A stretch of 64,000 bases of DNA from Raillietiella orientalis (taxonomy: Eukaryota): positions 124,001-188,000 of the forward strand of contig JAYWIR010000046.1 in NCBI GenBank assembly GCA_036172245.1. The letters are read 5' to 3'. Below, in pieces: positions 11,875-25,204 of the stretch; position 1 is the first letter of the stretch; the number at the start of each line of letters is the position of its first letter. The notes beneath the pieces were generated by a model that was not told the DNA's origin, searched no databases, and was given only the letters and a program-made list of their open reading frames with translations. The position numbers and the translations under genes are program-made.

Positions 11875-14800
11875 ATGGAGGATAATTTACCATTTACTGG
11901 GATGGCGACTACTTTGAACTATCAAAAGGAAAAAATTTCTCGAGATACCGTAAGTATATACATTCAAATGATTTACATACATGATTCATTTAAGTCTGGT
12001 TTTCTAATATCTGTGATTAACACACTTTGCCAAGCCCCGAAAGATAATGACCAACGAGATTTCATAAGGGAAAAACTTGAGAGAGAGTTTCAGAAGACTA
12101 ATCTTCGTTTAGAAGAATTAATTACGTCGAAGGAGAAAGACTTTACGACGATGCTGGAAGTAAGAGAGGAAATCATATTAATAGACAAAAAAAACTAACT
12201 GATGATACACTTTTGTATTTGAAGTATTGTAAATAAATGCTTTGAAATTATAAAATACATGAATTTCACAAGCATTTTAGTATTCTAATGACTATTGATG
12301 GCCATTATTCCAGAGAATTAATGGCCTTTTCATGAGTAGACAAAGATTCTAATTGTATTTAGATGTTTAGGAATGTCTCCACATATATAACATCAACTTT
12401 GGAGAAAACTAGATCCATTAAAAATGCTCTAAAACAATGTAAATCACTCCTTCGATGCCGTAAGAGTGAATTAGAGAGAATTTATATTGAAGGCGTCGAA
12501 CAGAAATATATTTTAGAATTGCTGGATAAAATGTAAATAATGTTTCTTGTTCTTATCTGTGATAGTTTCAGTACTCCATTTCTGATGACCTTTCAGTCAA
12601 TTTAATAATTCCTCACTATTTCTAGCGAAGATTTCAAAAGCGTCTCCCTTAAAATAACAGATTTCATGGATAAAAAGGAATATCTACATGCATCAGATCT
12701 CTTAATGAGTTCTATTGATGAATTAGATGGAAAACTAAGTGAAATTGAAGGGTTGCAAGAAATTAAATTGGATCTTAAAACTAAAAAGAAGGTAGCGAAA
12801 TACAATGAAATCTTGACCCATGATCGAATAATATGGACACCTTTATCATTATTGTCATGTAAAAAATATTTTGCACCTGTGTTATAAGAGTGTCAATTTT
12901 TTCACATCAGCTTTACATCACTTTGTCTTGGTTTGCTCTTAATTAATTTTTAGACAAGAGTGAAATCATAAAATGACTTTTTAATCATGACTTTATTACA
13001 GACAAAGTGCTCATACTTGATCTGGTCAACTGAATGCTTATGTTGTAATTACAAACATACATTTTGGTTTTAGCAATTACAAATTGAGATTACTGACAAC
13101 CTTATAAAAGAACTTTTCATACATGATGTCAATTTTTCGGGTCTGAAAAATCAGAATATTTTTACAGAAATCAACAAACTCAAGAAGCATCAAAATAGTG
13201 CACAAATTTTTCAAGAAATTGTGTTAATTTTGCAAAAAAATATTCATATCAATCCCTGGTATTTTCTTGAGCTTTGTTTAAATTTTTGTTGCATTTCTGG
13301 TTTTCCCAATTCAGGAAAACTTCAACACAGCATAGCAACTTTACAACTACAAAAGCTGATTGTTTAGATGATACTCATCAGTTTGGACATTCAGTTTGTT
13401 CTGAACCATCTGGTTCTTGCAGTCGAATTCCCTTACTGATTGAATCTCTGAAATTACTTAAAAAAACATCAGAAGGTTTAGAGGTCAGTTTGCTTTGCAA
13501 GACATCTCAATCAACAGTTTGTAGAAAATCCGGGCCTCCATTCATACAGAATTGATGATTATTGTAGCTAGGACTACAGATCAAATTTTGGAAATAGCTC
13601 CCAGAAAAGATTGGGAACAGCAAACATCTAAGGGTATTTCAAAAACCACATCAGAGTGTCCAAATGGGATCAAGATAGATGACAAACAAATTCTGCTGTT
13701 ACTTCTAGCAGCTCTTTTTGAACAATTTCGGGCAATTGTTCAAAATCATGAGCTTTTGTTATCCTGTGTGCTTGCCCAGTTCCCTCAGGAAAATTTAGAC
13801 TTCTCATTATATACAATAGATGAGGTGTGGGACAAGATTCAGGCTGTGGTCAGTAAGACCTTGCTGGCGACATGAGAAGAATTGGCCAAACTTCCAGCTG
13901 GAGAATCTTCTGTTGGATTACCTTGGAGCTGATGGGGATGGTTCTAAGCAATCAGTCCTGCTGTCAGATGCTGCTACTGTAGATTTATCACAGTTTTTTG
14001 AGAAAAAAAAGCTCTGCAAGTAAGCAATTATGCATCAACAATGGTTTCTCAATGTATCCTAAATACTGTCTAGACTAGAGCAAGTAAACTTATTTAAGTT
14101 TCATAATTCTGTTCAAGCTGTCAGCATGCATGAATACATGCAGCATAATAATCATCTCCTGAACTCGAAAATTACATTTCAATCACATCTCTCTATGGGT
14201 CGTACATTTGTGGTAACACCATCTCCTGCTAATCTAACAGTGATGTATGGTCCTCTGTTAGAATTTGCAATTATGATAGAAACATTACTTGCTCACAGGT
14301 AATTCCAAGATTTTGGGGCTTAAATTGATTTTTGCAGTGCTAAATGCTCTTTACATCTCAAATTGGATCAATATGTGGAACAAACATTCCTTGGTCAACT
14401 CCATTTTGATGTAGCCCGTTGTTTAGATGGTGCTACTAAGAGTTTGGATTTGTGGCTTCCATGTCATGATGTCCAAGTGCTCCAAATTCTTGAAAGACCA
14501 AGGTCATTGCTACAAAGTGTTGTTGACATGTATGAGTGTTTCAATTACTTGCATCAGCTTGTGGTCACTCTTCCTGCTTATGCTGAACATTTTGTGCATG
14601 TGGCCAAAGGACTGCTTAATAATTATAAAGATTTGTGTTGGGCAGCTTACCGGGGTCTAGTGCAACCTGAATCAGAAGACAAGAGAATAATCAGTGCTGG
14701 CTGGCTTTTGGATGAAGAGTTAATCTCATTGCTGAAAGCTTTGCCAGGTTATAATGTGAGCACACAAGGAGCAGTTATGCAAACAGAAGAAATCTGGGGA

Positions 14801-15690
14801 AAGTATTCCAAAGAAGCCCAATTGTTGCATTCTCGATTAACTCAAGAAAGTATATCTGCTCATGAAATTCTTGCAGAGGCACAACCATTGCAAAATCTAG
14901 CCATTTTGCAGGAAAGTATGGTATGGTGACAAAGGGTTTGGAACATTACTGTAGGAATTTTGATAGGAATGGTTCAGTTCTTACATAAAAAGCATGCTAG
15001 CTGAACTGTCCATAAATGCTACTAAAGTGCCCAGCTATTTGCTGGATGCCCTGAGTGACCTAACCCTACAGTTTAAAGATTTGGCACAGTGTTGTCTCTT
15101 AGTGCTACACTTAGAGGCCCGTATCCATTGTTTTTATTTTCTGCTTCCTGTTATCCAATCTGGATCATTTACTGCTGTTGCTGAAAGTGAAGAAGCTGAT
15201 TGGGAAATCTTCCAATTGCAAAATGATCTAGTAATGATGGAGGAAGTTTTATCCAGTAATCTGGCACCAAACAAGTGTCAGGTAATTCTTAACACACTTA
15301 GTTTTGTGTTACTCTGGTTAATAGTTTGTGTTTGAGGGATTGGGTCATTTATTGTCCACTTTGTTGATCCAGTGCATCTGTAGTTTGTCACGAATCAATC
15401 TTTTGGGAGTCAAAAGAATGGAAGGCAATGTATACACTTTGCAGCAATGTTTAAACAGTCTAGGTTATTCTCGGGAAATGGCATTAGAAAACACAAGACA
15501 CTACTGTGATTTGTTTAGCCTTAAGCCTGATCAAATCTTTGACAAAATTGTGGAAGAACGGCCATATTTCAGTACTGAGGAATACTATCATTTGTTAAGA
15601 CTCATTCACACTTTTCAACTTGAATTGACTTCATCCCTTGAACAAGATCAAGCCAAGCTGATGAAAATACTGAATGATAGTATTGGATAA
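11875..15690 (+). CDS. EXOC4: Exocyst complex component 4 (Sec8)
   Basis: Exons 11875-11949, 11995-12159, 12363-12532, 12626-12791, 13074-~13258, 13315-13483, 13525-13848, 13898-14019, 14074-14298, 14338-14920, 14967-15281, 15325-15690, all GT-AG. Sec8 signatures SGFLISVI, CKSLLRCRKSEL..IYIEGVEQK, AYRGLVQPESEDKRIISAGW, QESMEW, CLLVLHLEARIHCFYFL, FEGLGHL. Confidence 0.95.
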
Positions 15691-15866
15691 GAGCATAATT
15701 TTTATTACAGTGTCAATAGAATTTCCAAACAGTCTTTATTTTTAATTAAATCAGGTGGTAAAGTTGCTTTGTAACTTGCTTTTGTCACCACCTTAGTGAT
15801 TGCCTGTATTCATAATTATATTAATTACTTTGAATAATCCATAGACATTTCTGGGACTGCCTCCAA

Positions 15867-17024
15867 ATGTTGCAAGATGATGTAAGTATCTGTGTATGCT
15901 TTTACACAAATGCATAAGTTACTCTTCAGATCACTTGGGGTGTTGTCAATAAAAATTTTTGTTCCTTCAAAGTCAAGTAAGGCAGTTTTTTTGTATATAT
16001 AATTTATTGTCCATTAAGCACCAAAACCCAAAAATTTTGTCGGAATGAGTATAATCTAACAGGGCTGTGCTCCCGTTCATCGTGCCCTTTGGCAAATAGT
16101 CAGTATGCTACCATTAGAGAAGAGAATGGTATCATATACTTACTCATGAAAACAGCTGAAAGGTTTGTATGTTGCCCCCGAGTGCCTTTATATTTTCCTG
16201 GTAAACAGAGCAGCCTTTCCAAGTAGAATGTGGGAGAAAATAAAACTCAGTCGGAATTTTGATAAGGCAATGTTGCAAATAAAAGAAAATCTGTTGTTTT
16301 GGCCTGGTTTTATAATTCAGAAATGTAAGCAACGATTTCTAAGGATAACCCAGTGCCTGATCCGTATGAGAAAACTGAAACTATCTCAACAGTAAGGAAT
16401 TTCAGATTGAAATTCATCTAAGTGTGCTGTTTAGAAAACTTCTAGTTCCAAAGCAGCGAAAGATTGAGAGGCGGGAAAAAAGACGTGAGGAAAAAGCACT
16501 TATTGCAGCCAAAATTGATAATGTCATCGAGAAGCAACTTTTAGAACGTTTGAGGAATGGAACCGTGAGCAAGCTGAACACTGCATAACATGCTGATTTG
16601 CTGATGTTCCTTTTCATCATTAGTATGAAGATATTTATAACTTTCCTCAAGTGGCATTTGAAAAAGCACTTGAGGAAGAGACGGAAAATGACAGAGAATG
16701 TGAGGGCAGTCCGATAAATTGTAGCCCAACAGTTGCAGAAAGTGATGAAGATTCAGATTTAGAGAGAGAGTTTGTGGCAGAAATTGGAGAAACTGATGAA
16801 GAAATTGAGGTACTTATTACATGTCCTTTAAAAACCAATTTCAGACATAAACTCAGACTCACACTTTTATAATTTTGAATTTTTTATAGGATATTGAGTA
16901 CAATTTTGATGAAAATGCAGAGATGCAACTCCACAGTTCAAAAATTAAGAATGCTGCATTTGCCAGAAGGCCATATGTAGAAATAGAGTATGATGAGAAC
17001 GTTGCAGAGCGTCTGAAAACATAG
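15867..17024 (+). CDS. MAK16: MAK16 homolog (60S ribosome biogenesis factor)
   Basis: Exons 15867-15881, 15930-15976, 16019-16162, 16209-16391, 16435-16564, 16624-16809, 16890-17024 give [51 protein letters not shown]...ERAAFP...KCKQRF...[15 protein letters not shown], an acidic tail and RRPYVEIEY. Confidence 0.96.
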
Positions 17025-17899
17025 TCAAATATGGTGTGATTACTGCTGTTGCTGATGGTTTGGGACATTATTTATTTCAAACAAAGAGAAATCACATTGA
17101 TAACAATGAACCAATATGCCATGCTATATGATTATATATCATAAACCTATGGAACTGAAAATACAAATGGATATCAAGAGCTTTTACAGAAATTCATAGT
17201 GTCATTAAAGTTTCATTATATTACTGTATGTTGAAGGGCACTTTGCAAGTCAGCTTATTTTTGAGGTCAGAATTTATGAGAGCCTGTATAAATGTTACAG
17301 AAAGAGTAATAGTTCACAGCATTGATTGTCATGCAGTTTGCATGAGTAACTGGATGTTGATTTAAACTGCCTCATCCAGTAAAGACATCCATTTCTAAAC
17401 TACATTGAATCTGTACTTGTTTTATATATTCATATTCACAGTACTTTAGATTTTGGCAATCCATCAGATAAGGTGAAGGGTATGTGAAGAGCAGTATTAT
17501 GTATTTTGATTGACACATCTGTGTCTGTTACCATACCTGGGCATTGAATTTTTCATTGACAGACTTACCCAAGTGTAGTATTTGGTAGATTTGACAACTT
17601 CATGTTGAAGAATTGCCTTCTGTCTTGGGACCATCTTTTCAATATAGGTCTAAGAAAGGGAGGTATTACGAACCAAGTCTGAGAGAGTGGTTGCAATTGC
17701 TCACAAAAACCTAATTCACATTGTAACCACAACATCGACTCCAATAGTAGATGAAATGTTTATATTATGTTGATTCCAGTAAAACTGCTCGTTATTTTTG
17801 TTCTTGAGTGTTGAGTACGAAAAATTGGATGCGAAGAACCCCTATCGTTAATACATAATAACGGAGGTTTTCAATCATGGATGTATACCGAAAGGTGTC

Positions 17900-19250
17900 A
17901 TACAGGTCTTCCCCAAGATAAGTTCTAGTATAAGATTTCGCTTCTTACAGGTGCAAATCTTATCTGGAATGCTTCATCATCTTGTCAGCTTAAATGTTTC
18001 ATGAAAAGAAATTCACTAATCCTATCATTCGTCACTGGTGTGGAATGGGTTAAAAATGCTCAAGTACGGGACTGCTTTTGTCGCTATATTCGTTTTCGTA
18101 TTCCTCATTTGTACATCTGAATTTTGAATTTCACGCAACTGTTTTCATCTATGCTTTATTTTTCATATTCAGATTGTTGCCATGGATTGGATTTCTTTCC
18201 CTAACTACGCATGCTGTTGAAAAGCATTTAATGTTTAACAGTTGTGACCTATTTACACGCATGTAGCCGTACTTTGGGACGCTACACTGTAAAATGATGA
18301 ACTCCCCAATACGACTTTTATTTATAATCTTTCGTATAACATTGGCTAACCTCGATGTCCCAACCGTTTTCATCAGATCCGTAAGGAAAACAATTCTTCG
18401 AGGTGTCTTGTGAACGAAGCTCTCTCACATCCATCGTTTCACCAACCACCGTTTAATTTATTGGGAATTTCTAGCGAGTGCGGGGACTCGCCGTAATTTT
18501 TTCGATTCGGTACTTGCAAACAAAATAGATGCAACACTACTCAGTTTCATGATCCATGGGTTGTCCCGTTCATAGCGGCCTTTACGGCGTAGGGAGATAA
18601 TAAAGTAATCAAAAATGCGGGACTTCCAGAAGGAAATGTGTTATTGTATACCTCAGAATTGTAAGCAAAACTAGCATCAAAGAAATTCCATGATCGTAAA
18701 GACCACTTTTTGCCACTCAGTAACGCAACTCTATTTCAGCGCTCGACTGCAAAACTTCGAGACGCGCGTTAGTCACATTACAATTTCAACTGGGCACCAA
18801 GAATCCAGCTTACAGCTCTCCAGACTGCTGGAGGATTACTTGACTGCTTGCTGAAGTTTGAGGTTGGTTACATACTGCAGACGCATATGCAGAACTTTGA
18901 TCGCAAACAATTCTCAGTGAATTTATTAACTATTCGATATCGTACCACAGATATCCAAGAATAGCCACTTTCCTTAACCTTCATACAAAAACCGATGATT
19001 GTTGCTTTATTACTAGACATATACAAAAACAAATGTGTGCACCCAATAACGTGGTTTGTCTTATAATTTTCCACGCTAATTCTTTTAACTTTATTTGCAT
19101 CCATCCTAATGGATGGGTGCAAATAAAATGCTGGAGTGCTTACTTTATCCCTGCTCCTGATATTAGTAGCATTAACATCTTTGATTCTGTGCAAACTACC
19201 GTAAATCCGATTTTAAACTTGCTCTTTTATTTAAATCCTAGATTCAAATA
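17900..19250 (-). mobile_element. Possible very degraded Penelope-like element (RT C-terminus plus GIY-YIG remnant)
   Basis: Weak remnants LHPSIR (cf. LNSLHPSIKFT) and IGEFIILQCSVPKYGYMRVNRSQL (cf. GVVYxIxCxxCxxxYIGxTxRxL) in the expected order; no intact ORF. Confidence 0.25.
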
Positions 19251-19852
19251 TGCTTGAACCAATTTACTCTACCATGCAATCTTGTGATTTCACAATACTC
19301 AAACTTTTACATGCTGTACATGAGTAATAGATGAAGCATACTTGTTTGAGGAATATTTTTGCTCCCATCATTCCAGTCATCCAGATGTATTTTGCTTTTT
19401 AACTTGTTGAAGCCAAACTACTTACAAAGAAAAAAAAAAATGAGATTAAATACAAATCACTTAACAGCATAATTGAAATAAATTTCTTTATAAATGCATG
19501 ACAACCAAGGTAAAATAAATGCTAATTGCTCTGTATGTTCTCAATATCAAATAATATAACATCCGATTTGAACAAAAAAAAAACTTTTAATTTCATATAT
19601 GCAACATTACTCTCATTCACTTTTGCTTATTTCTTCTTTGATGGAAATTCAATGTCTAAAATTGTTGCTTGAGACTTTCAGCAAAATTCAAGTAGGTGCA
19701 GTTATTTACTTGTTTTATGCAATTCTTTGAAACAATGCACTGATTTTGTTACAAAAGTCACATTGCATAACAATTTCAAATATTGTTAAGCTTGATGACA
19801 ATGCAATCTCCAATTGCAACTGGCTTGTACAAACATACATGTTTGCTGCACT

Positions 19853-22262
19853 TTATGTAGCCTGCTCCTCATTTTGGGTTTGAAGCTGAGCACAGATGTC
19901 ATTGATATCCTTCCCTTTGTCCAATTTGAGAAACTCTTCGCTATTGATAATATGAAATGTTATCCAGTCTGGAAGCTTTTTCGCCAACAGTCTCAAATGA
20001 TCTTGCATTTCATCTAAAGACGTAATATCATCATGTAGTTAAACCAATTAACTCTTACAAGTTGATAGCATTCCTCGATAACTTTCTGAAGCTTTGCTGC
20101 AAGCAAAATGAAAGGGTAAAGTAGCTTTCTTCTCTTGTATAAAGATGCCTCTTAAAATATGCACTAATTCAGGAAGTCGTGAACACATAGCCAGTTGATG
20201 ACAGTGCACTGGATCCCTCAACATTTCTTGAGATACACGCAATGCTTCTCTGGCTCTAACCTAAAAAGAAACTTCTTATTTATCCTAACACTAAAAAACA
20301 CACTTTTTCCAAAAGTGACGCTGAAATGCCTCGGAGGTGATCTACAATTTTCTCAGGAGCACTTTTGATCCTTTCTATGTTCTTGCAACTAAGCTGCTTA
20401 TCAGCATTCTCAAGGGCAAGCTGCATCCGAGTATTAGAAACCAGTATTTCTCGTGCTCTTTCTACAAAGATAGTGAATGGATTGACTCCTATATACCTAC
20501 CTAGTACATCATGAGCAGAGGATAACTGGGAGACAGGAGGCTGTGGTAAAGAAGCTGGTTCTACATCTACTATGTCATCAGGATTGAAACAGGGATGCCA
20601 GCGTTTAATCTTACTACTGTCCACAATAATGGGTGGATCTAAACTAGCAAGAAAAGTCTGCAAGCATTACACACAAATATTCAAACTGAGTTCACCTCAT
20701 GATGTTGTTTCACTTTGGATATCAGTGAACAGTGGAAATGATTTCTTCTTTTAAGAACACATGTGGCATCCATTGACTGATATGCTTCAACTTTCCTTCC
20801 TTGGTTCAGTGTGCTAGCTTGCACATGCTCATCTGATTGCGTTCTGACGTTTCCTTTAAAATTAGGTGTGATGACCAATTGGTAATTTCCTCGTTTAGTT
20901 GGTGTCACACAAGGAACTCCTTTCTCTTGGGAAAGGAGATAGGCTTCTGGGTAAATAGTGCATATTTGACCCAGACAAGTTTCTGTAAATGCTCTACACC
21001 ACTTGCTATACGTATTCTATTTTCATTTCCTATACCTTCCTATCATACGCTGTACTCCAGAACGAAGCTTAGTAAATGTCACAGTTTCTTGTCGATTGTA
21101 CAAAATGGACACAACAGTATCAGCACACCGAAATGCCTCCAACAAGTACTGGAATTTGTAAGGTAAATTTAATCCAGGTGGAACAGAGCTAGCCAAGCTA
21201 TGATAACGTTGGTATGCTGGCATCTCTGTCTTTGAAGGACTGCAAACAGGTGAGCTTTTAATAGGGCTAGGATTGGGAGAATGTATATTTTTGATGGGAC
21301 TAAAACAGAAATGTCATGTGCAAACAGTGAACATTAAACAGTGAACTACCTTGAAGGAACTGCAAAATCCAGGTTAGTGAAAGTGATAAACTGATTACTT
21401 TCTGGTGTAGTTATGCCACTAGCCTTTTTTTTATCACTGAAAGAAGCTGTTATTTGTGAAAGTCGAGTCTTTAATTCTGAAAGTCTGCCACAGTTTGAAA
21501 GACGAGCTTTCATTTCTTCTGCAGTAATTTTCTGCAAACATTACTTCAAAACTAATAAGAACACCAACACAACTACCTTCTGAGGTGTAGTGGAAACATG
21601 ATTTCTCTCTTGGCTAAAGTCTGCTTGATCACTGGTATTTGATCCTTTTGAAGATTCTGCAAGGCTATTATTGTGATAATCCTAGTGAGTCAAGTATAAT
21701 TATTTTCTTAATTTATAAATTTGTTTGTCACCTTACAAAGTGAGGTAATTTCTTTCTTATCTGGCATACTTAAAATTTTACTTTCATGCACTTCTTGGTT
21801 CACAGAATAAGTGCATGCCTTCTGTGAAGCTTCATTCAAAGACACATGAGATTGGCATTTTGATAAAAATTCTGCTGATATAATAGACTCATCTCCAGAT
21901 TTTTTAATATGATTTAATACATCCGCTCCAAATCCATTCAAATATACCTTCCTGTCTGCTTGCTCATATGCATTGTTTTCATCTGTGGTTTCTTTTTGAT
22001 CAAAAAATAATTTTTTTTTTACAACCAGAGTGCTTTTAATATTCCCTTCCGGTGCACTTTCAAGTTTACATTCATTACTGTTACTTGCAATTCCAGATGG
22101 ATCCACACATAATCGGACAAACTCTTCTATGGATTCGATTTTTCCTGATTCTGGAACACAGTTGCTCCTTGATGCAAACTTATTTTTTTTACACTTATCA
22201 CTTCCCACACAATGTTTTCGTTTTCGTGAAACAAAGTATTTGTCAATCTTTTCTTGTGGCAT
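19853..22262 (-). CDS. CDT1: DNA replication licensing factor Cdt1 (double parked ortholog)
   Basis: Exons 22262-21732, 21681-21577, 21531-21350, 21299-21036, 20993-20696, 20657-20304, 20260-20059, 20013-19853. N-terminal PIP degron QEKIDKYF..RKR, then PAYQRYHSL, LPYKF, LGQICTIYPEAY, RWHPCF, LRGISASLLEKVRARE, LPDWI. Confidence 0.95.
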
Positions 22263-22390
22263 TATGAATTTAAAGTGGTGCACACAATCAAACTGCTTAT
22301 TTTGCAGCCATTTAAACAACCTGATATGCACGTGCGGTGTCCAAAAACATTTCACTAACACTTTTCTGCCTTAGATAATAAACCTCTTGT

Positions 22391-22398
22391 TTTCCCGC
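22391..22398 (+). promoter_or_regulatory. E2F binding site upstream of CDT1
   Basis: TTTCCCGC (consensus TTTSSCGC) about 130 bp upstream of the CDT1 ATG; CDT1/dup is an established E2F target. Confidence 0.6.
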
Positions 22399-24704
22399 TT
22401 GATTACGGGAAACCCAGAACCACACAGTACATGCCAAAATTTTGCAGATTACACATAAATTTTCGATTTATTAAATTTTCTCATTTCAGATTCAACATTC
22501 TTATTAAGTATTCATCATATATTAATGTTCAATCAAAAAGAAGTCCTTAGTTTGTGCAAAAATAAATACGTTAAGTACGTGTACAGACAAAATAGTTTCA
22601 TCCTTTATTATGAAAATATTTTTGAATAACTTAAATAAGTCTTGTACTCATCTTAATATGTTTCATGAAATATTATATTTCCATTTAATCGCGTAGAAAG
22701 TGTACATTTTGAAATATTTTTTTCAAAAGTAAATCGTAGATAATCGTATTGTATTCAGTTTATTGACTTTGGTAACAGCTACCGCATTATGAGACTTTAG
22801 ATCTACTGGAACGAAACATATGCTCAATTTTCTAAAGAGAACGCTACATTTAAGTGTTCTTGAGTCCTCAATTTTCGATTTATTGCAACTGTCAACAAAA
22901 AATCATTTCAAGATTCAAATATTCAATGTTTCCCTATTTTGAACGCCCTTGATTTTCTATTTACAATTTTTCAGGATAGAATTCTCATTTAAAAGAAACA
23001 ACCAGAATAAGAAATGATACAACACTGTAGTATTTCCTTGTAATAAATGAAGCAATCAACGCAAAAATTATGTTTTCTGATTAGAAAGTAATCTAAGTGC
23101 AATGAAAACGATTTCAAGCCACATCGACTGGGTATGATGGACATTTCAAAGGGCTGCACTAGAGCAACCTCACTACAATCATAATGTCGGATAAAAATTT
23201 AAAAATTTCAAAGCGTGCAACTTCAACTCGAAATCCTGCAATCCTCTCCCTTGGGAGGGAGTAAAGGAAGCGCGACATGCTTTGGGAATTGAAATGCCAT
23301 CGGAGTTCTCCCTAGTTACCAAGAGAATGAGAACACCCTAAGTAATGCAAAAGCGAAGAAGCCTTTAGGATTTATTCGTAACATATTCTGATGGATGCAA
23401 AAGATTTGCGATAGTAACGGCTTGGTAGTGATGTGCCAGCAATACTAGTACTTTGAGGACATTTTTTTCCATTCCTCTATGAGGAACTCCTGAGAAAAAA
23501 TCATATAAAAACGAACGCATTTATATACAATTCTAGATGGCAACTCTTGGATCCCGTGAATGTAAGTAGCAGATTTTATAGCGGTGAAGGGGACTCCTGT
23601 ACTTTCTGAACAGATGTAAGAGGAGAATCTAAAAAAGACTGATGCACAATTGGATCTTTTGCTCTTCTATTCCTGTTCGTAAGCATGTGGATCCACGTGC
23701 ATATATGTATATACGATTACTCAATAAAGTGTTTTTTCTCCCTATATTCGGTTTTTTTTTTTCGGCCAAAATTTGCAAAGAGCTAGAATCCATTGCAAAG
23801 AGTTGTGGTCATAGATTTTATTTATCATGAACTTCTCCTCCATGTAGGGTCCATTTTTTACTGAGATTTGCTGCCATTCTTTGCTAGAAAAGTTTGTCGG
23901 AGCCACATCTAGATCTCCTTTGAAACCTTAGCATCTTTGCGCTTTCTCTTTTAAATACATTCTTCATTTGACCAAGAAGAAAATCTTCTAGATACTATCT
24001 GTACTCTAGATTAGACAACAATGTGCAAGCCCTTGTATGATAGCTCTTTTAAGACGTGATTTTTTGTTATAGTGCAAGGAAAGTATATCTTGTGTTTTCT
24101 TCCTTACTTCACATTTCATGGGCTTGTGGAGTCTTTTCAGCAACTTTGTAGTGTATATTACTGTTGTTCCTTCCTTTTTTATGTTTACCAAAATCACATC
24201 AAGGTTGAGCGACCTCTACGTTGCTAGTCATTCAGGTTGAAGTTCCCTCTTTCTGACAATGTCTCAAGTTTTGATCAGAGTCCCATCATGTTTCTATCGA
24301 TCCTGCAGTTTCCATAGATGTTTTTGGACCTTTACGAATACTCATCACTGTTTCTTCAGAAGTTTTGAGCTCAATTATAGCTAATTTTTGGCCTCTTGAT
24401 CCTTGACCGTATTTATCAAGCTCGGCGAACGTTCGGCCCTTGTTATAGAAGCTCAGAATATGCAAACATGATGCTCTTCAAAGTTTCAGCAGTTTCTATA
24501 ACTTTGCCGTAGAGGAAGAGAATGGGACATAGCAAGATAGAATGATCCTAGCTCCATATACTAAAAGCTGTAATTTTATGAGCTACTGTTAGCATCTATG
24601 AGGTAGATTTTATTGAATAATATTGAGCTTTAAAGCAAGATGAGTGTGAAATTTCGGACTATCCGTCTTTAAGCAACACCTTTGCATCATCATGACAAAG
24701 GTAA

Positions 24705-25200
24705 CTAGAGCTGATCAATATAATAAAAGAACATCCTTTCAATGTTGAGTTAATGAATAATACGCTAGATTATGAAAAGTTCAAATTCTACCTTGAGCAG
24801 GATTTTGTGTATATAGTAGACAGCACTCATGCTTTATTGATTATTTCAGCTAAAGTTAATGACATTGAAATAATGAATAAACTGACTTGTGTAGCTGTTG
24901 GCACTTTTGCTACGCGAGATTACTATAGCGAACATTTTGCAGATTGTGATTTGTCTGATAGCCACAAAAAGTCGAGGTCTTGCTCAGCTTTGACTGACTT
25001 CTTCGTGCGTATTGCATATCATAATTCTGTTGCTGAAGGTTTAACAGCATTTTGCCCTTGCTTCAACATGTACCCAATCACTGTGCATCATATGGTGAAC
25101 AAGATAACACCTAGGGAGGTTAAAAATAACAAATACTAAGGATGGATCGATATTTACAGTAGCAAAGCAATGAATGCTGCAGTTGATGAGGTTACTAAGT
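24705..25200 (+). pseudogene. tenA: Wolbachia/Anaplasmataceae-like TenA (TENA/THI-4 family) fragment in a nuclear insertion
   Basis: Intronless LELINIIKEHPFNVELMNNTLDYEKFKFYLEQDFVY...PCFNMY...NNKY*GWIDIYSSK. TenA hallmarks HPF, FxxYLxQD, PC and Y..WI..Y are present. In-frame stop at 25137-25139; truncated near 25200. Confidence 0.85.
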
Positions 25201-25204
25201 TGAT

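Noticed and set aside
23800..24500. Possible LINE endonuclease relic flanking the Wolbachia-like insert
   Set aside because: Only vague motif resemblance with many stops; needs a profile search.
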